60,000 bases of DNA, taken from contig CM119371.1 of the NCBI GenBank assembly GCA_051294905.1, positions 2,916,001 through 2,976,000 on the forward strand, in the 5' to 3' direction. The notes beneath the pieces are model-generated. The model was given only the letters and a program-made list of their open reading frames with translations. It was not told where the DNA came from and did not search any database. A program made the translations under genes and the position numbers. This DNA comes from Botryllus schlosseri (taxonomy: Eukaryota). Numbering within the stretch: position 1 is the first letter of the stretch; the number at the start of each line of letters is the position of its first letter. Positions 12,568 through 26,600 of the stretch are shown piece after piece.

Positions 12568-15500
12568 GTTGTAACAAGTCTTGTAATTGCTTAAAAATGA
12601 ACAGAAATACTTCTACTTCAATAGCCAGATAGTGTAAAGCTACAGTCCAACATAAATGACTCGATTCAAGTCAAGTCAAGACCCTTGTCTGTAATGACAA
12701 AGAAAAGATACGTCGATTCAAAATCGACTCAAATTCAAATTCAACAGTTAACGAATGTGTTGAGAATTTTTGTTACATACAGAAGTAATCATATCGGCAG
12801 TGATGTCACAGAATGAAAAACTCTCATATCCGAGATCATTGATTTAGGGATAAAACAAAATCTGAACTTACCCATATGGTGCCTTTCAGTCTTTCAGACA
12901 TTGATTTTCGTCAGATTACATCTGATCGGTTGCGATTGCCGTACGAATGTCTTTTTGATCCAACTGATGAAGCATCGGAGGAATAGGACTTAAAATGATA
13001 TGTCATATGATGATCTTCCATAGGCAAGGTCTCTATGAGAAGAGGGAAGACATGAAAATTTTACAAGGTCATTTCAATTCCCATACACATGATGTAGGTT
13101 AACATGCAAAAGGTATGACATAATTGCATATTGGAGGATGTGCATCTGACTTCCTACTGACCATGGTAGCGTACATTAGCACAGTGTATTCGAAGATTCA
13201 ACACACCATGAGCAGCATACATACAACACAATTTAATTACATATAGTAATTTCATACACGGAATGTTACTTAGAAGTATCCACTGAGAGAACAGACTAAC
13301 TAAATATGTGACTTTTTCATTAAGGAAGACACTGATTCTTCATTTGTAGGACGAGCTTACACTCATTGAGAACCATGAGATGCAGTTCCCCCATTTTTCA
13401 AGATTCATTCCAAGTTGAAGTTTTTCTTGACAGTTAAAGAGAGACATCTGAAAATAGTAGGTGCATTAAAGATGAATAGCTCTTTGCTGCTCTTATATAA
13501 ATGTGCTCCGATTAAGAGGAGAGCTGACTGCTTTCACTTAGCTATGTAATGCCTTATTAATACCGATTTGAAGTGGAGAAGAGAAATGATTCACATAACT
13601 GGAATTTTTTGTCAACTTGACTTGAGTCGAGCAATTTTCTTGAAAAAAGGAAATGGAAATGACTCGAGTCAACTTGGGACACTTTATGTGTGGTGTCAAC
13701 TTGTAGGCCTACTACAGTCATTGCGAAAGTCTCAATGAAGTCATATGACTCAAACATTCGATATACCTTGAGTAAAGTCTGGTATATCAAGATCAATACT
13801 TGACTCTGCGACTCGAGTAAAGACGAGTCAAGCCATGACTCGATTTATTACAAGCCGAATGTAGCCAACGTATTGTCATAAAAAGATATTGTTATGAAAA
13901 TCTTGCCTATCTGAGTTTCTTTTGTTCATTTATCAGTTAATCGAAAAGACGATTCTTGCCTTTTTAAAAGCTATTACTGGCAAATTATTACTAAAAGCCG
14001 GCGACTCATTCAGTCAATCCATTTAGTAAAACAAGTTATACTCGGGTACTTATCACACCTTCTGCTTTTGAATACCGGTATTATTTCAAGTAGTTGTAAC
14101 GAGTCTCAAATCGCTCATAATCGATTAGAAAATAAGGGGTCGCCTCCAGAATTCCTACCTATGTGTTTTAGATTTATGTAGGCTCCTCTTTGTCATGGTT
14201 TAAATGACCATGGTAGTCGACAAACACCATAACACCACAAACAACAACAGAATTACTTCTACTTCAATCTGAAGATAGTGTAAGGCTGGAGCCTGGGTTG
14301 TATTGACCCGACTTGGGTCAGACTCGAATCATTATCTTGAATATAGAAAATGACTCGATCCGTAGTCGAGGCAATGCTCGGAGAAAAGGGTACGAGTCAA
14401 TTTCAAGTCATCAAGTAACAGTATCGATATAAATGGCTGGTTTTGCATATATTTGAATAGTTCTCGATACCCTGATGTTACATGTAAAAGTGATCAATCA
14501 CTCAATGATTTTGCATTTTACCGAGCCTCTATTGTTCGATTCTAAATAAATCGACCGCAAAAAAGTGATTGTAGCTCGTAAACTAGTATTAAAGTAATGT
14601 AATGACAAAGTCTATATGTATTTTCTATATAATGCTCATTGTGGTCGGTACCCATCATCACCAACACTCTTGTATGATTTACATCGAATTTTAATGAATA
14701 TAATAAGTTTATATTACTCGTCAGCCATCGACGCAGGCTTAAATTGTGTCTCACGGATGTGTTCGTGGCTATGCATTGCATCATATCAGTTTGTTTTAAC
14801 TTTCTGAGGTTTCCTATTCTGTATTTTGTCTGATAAATATAGACTGAGGCTATACGGTTATTTGAGTAGTTCATCGGTTCTACATATAAGTTGGCGATAT
14901 GGACCGTTTTTTCCACGTATATTAAACTATATATTTTTCCCTTGATTCAAAATAAATGGCAATCTCCAAACAGCTATCAAGATGCAATGACGCAATTATG
15001 CCTCGTACTTAGAAAAATCAACTTGACTTGAATTATGACTTTACTTGACTCGAGTCACCTTTAAAAATAGAATGACTCGACTTGACTCGAGTCAAAATGC
15101 GCAATAACTCGAGATGACTCGTGACTCGAATGTAGCGACTTGATCCCAGCACTGCCGTCAACACGCCACTATTCAGATCTGAAATCATTGATTTGTCAAA
15201 AAAATGCAATTTACGATTTACTCACTTTGAACCTCCTCATATGTCAGTCGGACATTGATGTTTGTCAGATTCCGACTGATCGGTTGAGATCGTCATGCAA
15301 ACGTCTTTTAAGGAAGAAATCTTGATGCACCGGAGTAACAGCCTCTCAAATGAGATGTTGTGTATGATGATCATCTGACAGTCCACTGTCATAAAATCAA
15401 GAGTGGTTGTATAGAGTAAATTCAGTAAATCTATCTATCTATAGAAAGCACAGCACCCGACCACATTCATCTGTAGTGTACAGGCTGAAATGGTCAAATT

Positions 15501-15954
15501 TTCCTCGGTGTTACTCAGGTAGAAGTAACGTCATACATTTCTACTCAAGTACAATTAGGGGTAGCGATTTACAAGTAATTTAAAAGATGAATGCCAGTTT
15601 TGCCAAGAAACCTGATAACTGTTCATGTAGAAGAGTAAGTAGTTCAAATTAATAACAACTCGAGTAATTAGTACTAGTATTTAAAACTTATTTCGGATTT
15701 CAGTACTGCGAAAAATTAAAATGACTTCATTACTGAGCACCAGATTCAGTTTTCTAGTTTATTTCCCGTCCAAGCTAAGCATTGGTTGTGTGTGCTTGAA
15801 GCGAGATGAATATATTTTGAATATCGACTGCAACATCGGCATGATCGGCGAAGGTTTAGTTATCGGTTTGATCGCTAGCTGATGAAATATCCGGTAATGG
15901 TCAGGCTCTAGTTCAATACACCATGGCAGGGGACGGACTTGTCTACCCTACACA

Positions 15955-16715
15955 TTTTCAAAACTAGCATATATACCTACTTATTTTTCAAAACTAGCAA
16001 CGATACTTACTTATTCTTTCAAAACTAGCAACTAAAACTACTTATTTTTCAAAACTAGCAATTACTACTGGAACTACTTAATTTTCAAAACTAGTAACTA
16101 GACTTACTAATTTTTCAAAATTCGCCAATAGAAATAGAACTATAATTACTGAGTTTTTCAAAATTAGCAACTCGAGCTAAAACTGAAACTACGCTCTTTT
16201 CAAAATCAGGAACTAGAACTAGAACTACCCAGTTTTCAAATCTAGCAACTAAAAGTAGAACTACTTAATTTCTAAAACTAGTAACTAGAATTACTCATAT
16301 TCAAACATTCGCCACTAGAAATAGACTTATAATTACTCAATTTCTAAAAATTAACAACTCGAGCTAAAACTGTAACTACGCTCTTTTCAAAATCGGGAAC
16401 TAGAACTAGAACTACCCAGTTTTCAAATCTAGCCACTAGAAGTAGAACTACTTAATTTTTAAAACTAGTAACTAGAATTACTCATATTCAAACATTCGCC
16501 ACTAGAAATAGACTTATAATTACTCAATTTCTAAAAATTGGCAACTCGAGCTAAAACTGGAACTACGCTCTTTTCAAAATCCGCAAATAGAACAAGGACT
16601 GTCTACTAGAACTATCCCTACTGAATTTATTTTTCAAAATTAGCAACTTGAACTACAAGTAGAACTATTCTCTTTATAAATCCATAACTAGAATTATAAC
16701 TACTTTGTCAAAATT
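15955..16715. repeat. Degenerate minisatellite (TTTTCAAAACTAG(C/T)AACTAGAAC-like units) with an internal higher-order duplication of about 187 bp
   Basis: Repeated TTTTCAAAACTAG motifs; CATTCGCCACTAGAAATAGACTTATAATTACTC at 16306 and 16493, with a related copy near 16120. Confidence 0.85.
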
Positions 16716-17379
16716 TACACTAGGCTACCAGCATAAGTGGTTACGATTTTAGACTACTTCAAATTCGAATTAAGAGTTTTCAGTGTGATGCAAAGTATGA
16801 TCAGAATAATTTCTTGTTTACTGGGAAATCACTGTAGCCCACTTGTACTTGAGTATGAATTTACGACATTACTTCTACTTGTTTACCTACGGGCTGTGGC
16901 CTGCAGCTATCACAATACTATGTCCAAATGAACCATTTTGTCTACGAAAGAAGTAAAAGAAATATCAATTTGTTCAACCACTCTTAGAATCGAACAATCT
17001 CTCACCAATATGCTGTTCAGTGATTTCTTCAAAACTAACCAGACTGCGTTCTTGAAGATAATTCATCATCACTGTACGGATACTGTAAAGAAATGATTCA
17101 CTTCAATGGCAGGCAAATACACAAAGATCCTGCATAGTAGTTAACAGACCGAATTAGCTACTGAATTATATTCAGTTTATACGTAGTCTGGGAGTATAAT
17201 GTAATAGACAACATTGCGATAGGAATGTGACTTCCTGTTACAATTATTCCGAGTCTTTATAAGTGCATGTAACACGTGCTGGGAGACTCATTTGCTAAAC
17301 CTACTTGCATTACTGTTTGGTCATATCGATTACTATCGAATGGCTTGCATTTTAATGTAGGCTACTAATTTTCTTCGCT

Positions 17380-17800
17380 TTTAGCAGTTTCTGGTTGCAT
17401 TTTCAAGTACGAATAGTGTGGACACTTTACTATTCTTTGATATTACGATGAAATGTCGGTCTTGGCCATCTGAGTCACATGTCATATGACTTGGTTCGAG
17501 TCATGCCCAATGACTCAAGTCCAAGTCAACTCAATTCACAGATTGACTCGAGTCGAGAAGATTAATTTCTGTATTCTGATAAAATGACTCGAGTCAAGTC
17601 ATCAGAAAATCGTGACTCGATTCATTACAAACCTGTTGTTAGTTGTCGAGTCGGACTCAGTCATTATCTTAAAAATGGAAAATGACTCTACTCGAGTCAC
17701 TTTGTGTTTTGAATCGACATATGCTCGAGTCATTGAGCATGGCTCGGCCAACTCATGTGACTCAAGACATTCTTCTCGACTTGATCCAAGTCCCGCGTAT
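17380..17800. repeat. Two back-to-back partial GACTCGAGTC-family MITE fragments
   Basis: A reverse-orientation fragment ending TTCATTACAAACCTG (about 17635) is followed by a forward fragment with TGACTC motifs. Confidence 0.65.
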
Positions 17801-18547
17801 TAATACTTGAAAAACAGGCCCAGAACTGTGTTTTATCTAGTTTAATAAGCAATTTACGAGTGACCAACATGGGTATATTACGGTTGTTACTGGTGGTGGA
17901 GAGAATATACCAAATATTCAGCTCTGGAATCATTGATTTTTTTTTAAATTCAAATTCGTACATTACTCACTTTTAACCTACCCAGTATGTCTGTCAGACA
18001 TTGATGATGTTAGTCAGGCTGCAGCTGATCGGTTGAGGTTGAAACACAATTGGCTTTTATGATGAGCTTATGATGCATTGGAGGAGCACGCCTTTACATG
18101 ATATGTTATGTGCGATCATCTTCTGCTTGCAATCCACTGTAACAAAATCAAGAGTGTTGGTGTGAGGTAGAATCAATGAACCTATCAATCTAGAACAGGT
18201 TCTTCGACCCAGGTATTCCTACCAGCAGATGTCGTATATAGAGAGTTAGTCAGATCAGAGTACTCGAATGTGAATCAAGTATTAATTCTAATGAGAGTCG
18301 ACTAGTAAAATCATGCACGATAGTCGTTTAATCATGACTTCAGTAATAGGTCATTTCCACTAACATAGTTTTGAACAACTATATCTGTATACTCTTAACG
18401 AGCAATCAAGATTCAAATCTTCCGCAGTGCAAAAAAAAATTATTAAAACCATAATTTTTGTTGATAAATTAACTCCCAGTGGTAACTGGTTCAAGACTAG
18501 TATGAGTTAATTTATCAACAAAAAATATGGTTCTAATAATATTGTAC

Positions 18548-19072
18548 CTGGGCTGTGATGACTCGAGTCACGATTTTCTGATGACTCGTGTCATATCATC
18601 AAATTATGGAAATGAATCTGACAATCTGTGTATTGACTCGACATGGACTCGAGTCATTGCTCATGACTCGAGACACATACGGCCAAGACCGACATTTCAT
18701 TGTAATTTCGAAGAATAGTAAAGTATCCACACTATTGGGATTTCGTCTCTTGGTTCTGGTACTTGAAAATGTAACTAGTAACTGCTAAAAGTGAGGAAAA
18801 TGAGTATATTATAAATGCGAACCACTCGATATTACCAAACAGAGTTATAAATGTTGATTTAATCTGACTTTAACTGGAAACTCGAGCAGTCAACAACAGT
18901 GACTTGGATTCGAATCATAATACCATGACTCGGAGTCGACCCTCTGCTCGCTGACTTGGATACCGACATGACTCAGTGGTGAATTGAAAATGACTCGACT
19001 CGATACCAAATCAAAACTATAAAAATGAGATTGAATTGTGACTCAGAGCCTTATGACTTGGTTACAACTATG
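18548..19072 (+). mobile_element. hAT-type MITE (GACTCGAGTC family), degenerate termini
   Basis: Internal sequence colinear with 44618-45201 (GGCCAAGACCGACATTTCATTGTAATTTCGAAG etc.); TIRs mutated. Confidence 0.8.
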
Positions 19073-19272
19073 CCTCGCAAGGCATTTTGTTATTGAATAG
19101 TACACAGACTTGTACAAGCTTAGGCTATAATTAAGGTAGTTGCCGGAAACTAACCACCGGTGTTTGAGTAGTTTCAACTTCCAGTCGCGTATTTTAAAAA
19201 GCGAGTTGTTTTAGTTCGAATAGCGCATTTAAAATGAAAATAAAAATAAAAAAGGGAAAATACGTGTCATCG

Positions 19273-19357
19273 TTTGGCCCAAATCAATCTTTTGCATTTT
19301 CGTTCTTTTCCAATTTCTTCCATTCTATTGTGCCGAGACCTTCAGCGGCTTGCGTTC
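19273..19357 (-). pseudogene. Isolated partial copy of the RBM28-like GT.AAEG exon
   Basis: TTCTTCCATTCTATTG...CTTCAGCGGCTTGCGTTCCTACAC is shared with the copies near 2700, 23760 and 31640. Confidence 0.65.
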
Positions 19358-21206
19358 CTACACAGAAAACGAAAAAGGGTCAATGACGTCAGCATTGTAA
19401 TTTTGTAGAACTTTTGATAGGTCAATCGGAGGTGGGTTGGCTACTTACTAAGTTGCGTCAGGACTTGGACAAAAAGAAAATTTTGAGCTTTTCTGAATTA
19501 GATTATAATTAGAGCTACACAAATTTCTCCAAATTAGATTAGAATTAGAATTAGAGCTACACTGCTTTTCCAAATTAGATTAGAATTAGAATGACTGATT
19601 TTACAAAAATTGTCTATGGGCTTACACCATGCCTGGCTCGTTTTTTACTATACCAGGGGTCACCGCCATTGTCGTCGATCTGATTTGAGATTTTGGAAGT
19701 ACGCGAAATAAAGCATTTTAAAATGCTAAAATTGATTTCAGTTTCCAAATTATTATTGTTGTTGTTTCAAAATAAGCTATTCACATGTGCCCAACAACAC
19801 TATTCCACACTAACTGAAACAGCTTCTGCGATGGCAACAGAATACCATAGAGGGAGAGTCTGCTTATATCAATAAGCATATTGTCTTGACATGCAATGGC
19901 CCAGACACTGCCAAGACAAAGTGGCCCAGGACGTCCCCCCAAGATTGATCTTTAGGATGAGATAGTCTTTCAGAGTTGATTGAAATTAGCTCACTGGCAG
20001 TTCGCTCATTTCTGCCTTGAAGTGACATAATGAAATGTGTTGATAGAGAAAATCCATTACGATTTTTGTGGTTAGGCTTCTCTAATGCCACTTTGCTAAC
20101 ACACGTATCAAAATGACAAATCCTGTTACCAGAGCTTCATTTTATATGTCACACCACATTTGCAGGATGTTGTGGAAGTAAGATCTTTTTGAATCGGGTA
20201 AAGTTCAGAGAATGCTTGACGTAAAATGTCCGTTTAAACTGGATGTCACATATCTTATTACCTTGTAAGGTATTCTGAGAAAACTGAACTCCAGCAAACC
20301 TGTCAGGTATCGTTCTGGTGGCCTGATTTGGGCACACTAGCCGGCATTTGCTGTTCCGTCTTTTTTCTTGAGTGGCCGAATCTTCCGACGAATATTATCT
20401 TGAAACGATGTCGGTTGGGATTCTATTGAGTATCGGAATCATTTGAGAAGTCAATTCGTTTTCTAGCTTCCGTTCTGTGAGAAATTCTGATGTACGCTGT
20501 TCTTTGATTTCAGGAGCTATCCTAGAATGTAGGAATCGGTTCATAAGGCCGAGAAATACAGCCCTCGTAGCCGATATCCTAATATGTTTTCAGAAATAGC
20601 ACCATGGCTATTAGAGATGTCAATAGTTTGTAGCAGAGGTTCTCGCAGTTTTTAGAGCGCGACCAAATTTTGTGTTACTTTACATTTCGCAACACAAGAC
20701 TCGCAAACAGTAAAAATGCATTTCTGACGCAAGTAAGTCCATGCAACTATTTTACGAGCATGTATGAATCAGACAAGGTGCAGACAAAAAGACGGTCGAT
20801 ATCAAAGTAGGCTACCTATACTTTTCCGGAGTACTCAAGTAGATTTGATTAGATCTGCTAACCCTATTTAGGCAGAACCACTTACTTTTTCGACTTTGGA
20901 TTTTGCAAACAAGAAGTTGGTTTTGGGTTAGTTTCCGAGCACTTTTACGTATAAATTTCCATAACGGTGAAGTAGCGTCTGTATCATGGTCATTCAATTA
21001 ATTTTCAAAAATGACACCAATTTTCAATTCAATATTTTGCATTATCAATCAGTGCTGCCAATTAGCCACAATCGACAACACACGGTATGCGATTTAATTA
21101 GTTAGTTGCAGATCTTCAAATGTCGTGGTTCGAGTTCTAGTTGCACATCTCAAAAATCCAGTGGTTTAAACAAGTTTGCTGATTTACATTATTTTAGGCC
21201 TATACC

Positions 21207-22564
21207 CAGGGTTGCCATACCGTCCTTATTTCTAAGATTTGTCCTTATTTTGAAGGGTCACGTCTTAGAAAACTCAACTGTCCTTATTTCTAAGAAATGT
21301 CCTTATTTTTGACTTGCGTCCTTATTTTGTCTTATTTTCAACCACTACAGAACTTCGACCGTTTTCCTCTGGTATCTGTGCTGCATAATATTCATAAATT
21401 ATGCTTTTGCGTCGAGATTTCATGACATCATAAAGGAAAGGAACTCTCGTGACGTACACACCATAAGATTTGACTTCTAAGTGGTGATAGCTCGGGCCGT
21501 GAGTGGTTTCGTCTGTACCAAGCTACCATGGCGGAGGTCATTTTATCAGTAAACAGCAGTACCAGGTTCCTGCTGTTTGGTCTACAGCAGAATAAGCTCA
21601 AGCTGTGGGGAAGGCAGCATTTATTGCGTAGTGAAAAAAGGCGCAGTGCAGTCGACACAGTGGTTAAAAAGTAGTAAAACTATTGGTCATTGATAAATTG
21701 TTCTAAATTATATTGCACTTGCGCACATAGTTTTAGCCACTAACAAGGCTAAATCGGATTAGTTAAAATGAGCAGGCGTAAAAACGTTTTTCGTGACGAT
21801 TATGAGAGATAATTCAAAGGTATCTAACGAAGTTTTAAGGACGAGTGTTTCGCACATTGCAATATCTGCCATTGTGACATTAACCTTGAGGCCATAGGAA
21901 AGACCGCCATTTAAACTCACATTGATACCCCAAACACAAGAAGTGTGTCATAATGATTAATTAGAGCCAGTCGATGAATAATTTTTCTACAAGTCAATGG
22001 GCACCAACGACCACAGACGACAAGGCTGCTGCTGCAGACGGTACCTGGGCATTCCATACTGTCAAACGCCAGCAATCATTCCTCACCAACGATTGCACAT
22101 TGCAATTGTTCAAAGCAATATTCCCCGATTTCAACATCACAAATAAGTTTTATTCGGTCAGGACCAAGACTACAAGCATTGTTATTGGAGTTCTTGCTCC
22201 ATACGCTCAAAAATGATTTTGTCTAAACATGGTGTATGGTCTTTTTCCATCTTGGTTGACGCCTCTAATCGCAATGAGGTGAAGAAGTTTGGTTTATCAC
22301 CTTATGGCGGGGGGGAGTCCAACGTTTATTTTTTGGGTGGAGGGCTGACGAAGTGCTGTTTCGGCCTTGAGTAAAGGTAAACCTAGACCTGAGCTGTCGT
22401 GAGCACTTTCTAATAACAAGGAGTTGCTGGAGCAGATTGTTTCTGGCGAAAAGTATGGAATGTGATATACCACGGCTTTTATAAATATAGATTTAAATAG
22501 ATAGATATAAATATCTAATTTTTCGGCTGTCCTTATTTTTGGGTCTATGTCGATGGCAACCCTG
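21207..22564 (+). mobile_element. Internally deleted hAT transposon
   Basis: TIR CAGGGTTGCCAT...ATGGCAACCCTG; perfect 8-bp TSD CCTATACC; subterminal GTCCTTATTT repeats; contains a transposase 5' remnant. Confidence 0.9.
21768..22290 (+). pseudogene. hAT transposase N-terminal remnant (BED zinc finger and start of core)
   Basis: Translates MSRRKNVFRDDYER*FKGI*...AHCNICHCDINLEAIGKTAI*THIDTPKHK (BED-type C2H2 with stops), then ADGTWAFHTVKRQQSF..NDC..LFKAIFPD...RTKTTSIVIGVLAPY; truncated thereafter. Confidence 0.82.
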
Positions 22565-23660
22565 CCTATACCAGTGATTCTCATTGGCTGAAAGATGATC
22601 AAGTGTTGTCAAGCAGGAATGACGGCAGAAAATAAAGCAGATAACGATCAAATTTAATGTCGAATATAATATCGCAAATATCATCACCGATAGGAATTTT
22701 ACCAGTTTTCCAATGAAAATTCAACTCTTGGCCTGTGACTGGTCCAAAAATTAACCGGAAAATCAATTGCCCTCTTATGGCAGCCTGGTGAACCCTTACA
22801 CTAATCCGAAAGCCTTTCGTGAACCCCATATTTTTGTCAAGTCACAAAAACCTATCACAATACACATCTAATACATTACTATAGAACTCCAGTGCGCGGA
22901 ATGACTTATGCATCAAGCGTCGGTGTTAAGAAAAACAAAACCGTTAAAACATGATCATCACACAAAATACACGACTGTAAATCAGTGCGACTTCTGTTGT
23001 GTCAGGTGTGTGTTTACTTCCCGTGAAACTCAAGACTGGCTCAGAGCAAACTTGTCAACTAGATAATTGTAGGTATCCAATTACACAAATTAGAGGAAAT
23101 TACGGTAATCTGATTATAATATACTTTGTAAAGTGTTTCTTTGCTCGAATTTTAATTCTAATCGAACTCGTGGAATGTTTCAAACCTCTAGTTTAAATTC
23201 TGATCAAATTTCTGGTTTTCCCAAAAATGCTACAGGGGAACTGTGTCGTACAAATCGAGTCAAGCTTGCTGTACAGACCGTTGTCGTTCTCATGCTTATA
23301 AGACTGAGGTCTGATTTAATATGAACTTGACTTCATTCCATGTCCAAGTTTTCACGAATCAAGTGATTCTAATTCCAATCTAATTTTGGAAAATTGTGTA
23401 GATTTAACTCTGATTCTAATCTTAATTTGAAAAAAAGTCTACTAATAATTATAATTCTAAATCAAGTATAGTTTGTAAATAAACTGTGGCTTTAAGCCAT
23501 CATTCTATTTCCAATGTAATTTTGAAAAGTTGAATATGATCTAGTTGTTCAAATCTGGCTCATAGAACCCCTGGAGTTATCGTGTGAAATCCCGGTTAGG
23601 AATCATTGCTTCAAGATAGCCTAATTAGAAAGTACGTTAATAGTTGTGATGCTGACATGC

Positions 23661-26600
23661 CTACAATTTTTTGACACATCTAGGAAGATTGCGAGTCTAA
23701 TTGTGTGTTGCATTGTTCAGTTTGGCCCACTTTGCATTTTCAATCTTCACAAGTTTCTTCCATTCGATTGCCTTGAGACCTTCAGCGGCTTGCCTTCCTA
23801 CACAAAAAATCACAGGTGATCATGAAGTCAGCATTGTACTTTTCTACTAGTGGAAACCATAGATGGCTGTATTTTCTAAGTAGCTTCACGCAGGGTTGTT
23901 GACTCGACTTGAGTCATTTCTTGAAATGACTCGACTCAAGTCAATTTTTGTATTGACTCGACTTGAACTCGAGTCATTGCGTATGACTCTAACCATGTCA
24001 CATGACTCAAGACTGGGACGGCCAAGACAGACACTTTGTTGTAACTTCGAAGAATAGTGAAGCCACCACATCATTAGTATGTCGTCCATCAGTCCTGATA
24101 CTTGGAAAATACGGTCAGGAGCTGTTAGGATTATGGAAAAGTACGACATTCTATATCACTCGAGTAGAGATGAAAAAAGTGGGTTGAATCGGATTGAACT
24201 TAAAACTGAACAGTGAACACAATTACTGTGTTTCCATGCAGAGCCGACGGACGACCAAAAGGCCATGAAGCATGCATTGAACATTACAGCCGTGTTTCCG
24301 TGACCAGACCTAATCCAACCCCGTCTTGGCCGAACAAGACTGAAATGTACGTTTCTATCTCACTTATTCACTATGAATTTTCACCACATCACAAGATTGC
24401 GATAAAATGACTCGGTAATAAGGAGCCGATACGACTAGAATCGACCATTCAATCAAACTACCCACTTCGACCTGGAACATGCAGGTAGGCTGAAATTAAA
24501 CATATAAAAATAGTCCCGGGAATGAATTTTTGGGGTTGCAACGCCTTGCATTTCAAGCTCAAAATGCCGATTCTACCTCCAATATTACTTAGCTCATTTG
24601 CAATTCAGTAGTTTGAATTACAGTATTATCAGTTGTTAGTTCGTTGTGTTTGAGTTAGTACGGCATCAGATTTTCGAAGGTCGTTAGTTTTAGATGAGAG
24701 GTTCTAAAACTGGGAACGTGAAACCATCTGAAGGGAGGCGCGAAGCTGTGATCAAATAAATAAAAAAATTCCACTTTGCGCAGTTTACATCCAATTCCAT
24801 ATTAGAGGATTCTCACATCCACAGTCATAACTAGGGCGATTCATGTTGCATGTCAAAAAATGTCAAAATTGTTTACAAAGTTATATACAACTTTTTTGCA
24901 GTGTACTTTTGCAGTGTCAGTGCACTTATCATCTGACATTTACCGCTCGCAACCTACTTTATAGGCCTACTGCTGTAGACGGCCCATTGTGTGCTCATTG
25001 TGAATCATAAACATTCAAATGAAACAAATAGGTTGGCATGATGATATGCTCAACGTACCGCAATAACCTAGCTGAAGCAACACTGCGTGGGCAATGCATG
25101 GTACTTATATCAAGAAGCGTTGTACTTCTAAACATTTCAATTATTTCTACCTTAATACGTAATGTTACTACTGCAATGCTTCATAGGGCCAGATTTCGTT
25201 AAAATAAGTTTTTTCATGTAAAATCTTTTCAGTTATATCGGCAAAATAAAATTTTCAGTATAAACTACTTCGTAAGAACAAACCGTTCCAATCAGAGGTG
25301 AAGATAAGTAGTACAATTCTAACGTTATGTGGGAATAAAACTAATTTATATACATTAGATCAAATTTGGTCAGATTTTTTAGGTGGAAAATGTCAAAATT
25401 TTGATTTTTAGGTCAAAATCCTTCGATTTTAGGTAAAAAAACCCTGATCAATACCATCCATGCCATCAAACTGTCCGTTGGGATTGGCTGCGTTCTGATT
25501 GCGTTTGTGATATTGACGATAGGGGGCGCGAAATTTTTCAATATCAAAATGGGGACGAATCAAAGATCGAATTTAAATTGCAAGTTTCGCGAAGCGAGTA
25601 CAGATTTTGGAAATCCAGTAGTTTATTCAAGTCTGGTTACAGTACGGTACTGTACGGTAAGTATAAACGAGTCTACTCACGTTTTCATTACCATTTCAAC
25701 GAGTTGATACAATTTGCCACTTTGTCAGAGGTGAAGTCATGAATTGAACGTGAGTACATCCCTTGGACATGCCAATGGCGATCTGAATAGAAGATGTCAA
25801 ACATGTGACAGAACGGTATTGAATTTGAAATATATGAATACATGCAGGAAAATAATGTGACCATAATGATGACCATACGTACAACGCACTTGATATCAAA
25901 AAGAAACCAGTAAGTTTCTCATTTAATTCTAACTTTTTGATATTTGCTTTGCGACTTACACACACTTGCCACAAACAAATTTTGAGTTCAAGCGGGTGTA
26001 TTTGTGTCTGACGCTAGCTCAAAATTGCATTCACTTTATCATATTTGTCAGTTGATGAGACAGATACCAACGGTTCTATACCGAGGCAATGGTATTGTTA
26101 ACGGCAAGTTTCAAGATGAGATACGCACGCGTGTTTGCGAAAGCACAGCCTGTTGAAGTGGTCTGGCGGACAGTTTTGAGATGAACCGAGTCACTTTGCA
26201 AAAATGACTTGACTCGGTGTTCAGAAATGTGTATTGACTCGTGACTCGAAGCAAAATCAAGTCAAGTCATCAAGAAATCGGTGTCTCTATAAATCGCTGT
26301 ATGCTTTACAAAATGTTCGGATTGATCTCGATACGCTGGTGTGACTTGTGAGAGCGACGAATCTCATTCATTCAATGATCTTGCGTTTTACTGAACTAGA
26401 GTAGGTGAGCACCATAATACTGACGAGTTTGTGCTGAATATTAGCCTGCACATACCTGGTTGAACAAAAACTTTTCTGCCGAGATACAAATTCCTCTTGC
26501 CATCCTTCTTAATCCATTACTTCTTCTGTTGATTTATCATCCTTTCACGTCTGCTCACAACTTGATTAACTCGAGTCTCATTCCCGTCTAGGTTGTTGCC

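Larger units (their letters stand above)
11100..13020 (-). pseudogene. RBM28: Second partial RBM28-like exon relic set
   Basis: 11245-11100 translates KSKTKRDPKTSNDVHKGR...LENVLAEAFSVHGQIYDAK. 10810-12030 is paralogous to 6990-7720 and is interrupted by the Kolobok-type element; 12872-13020 is paralogous to 8778-8947. Confidence 0.62.
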
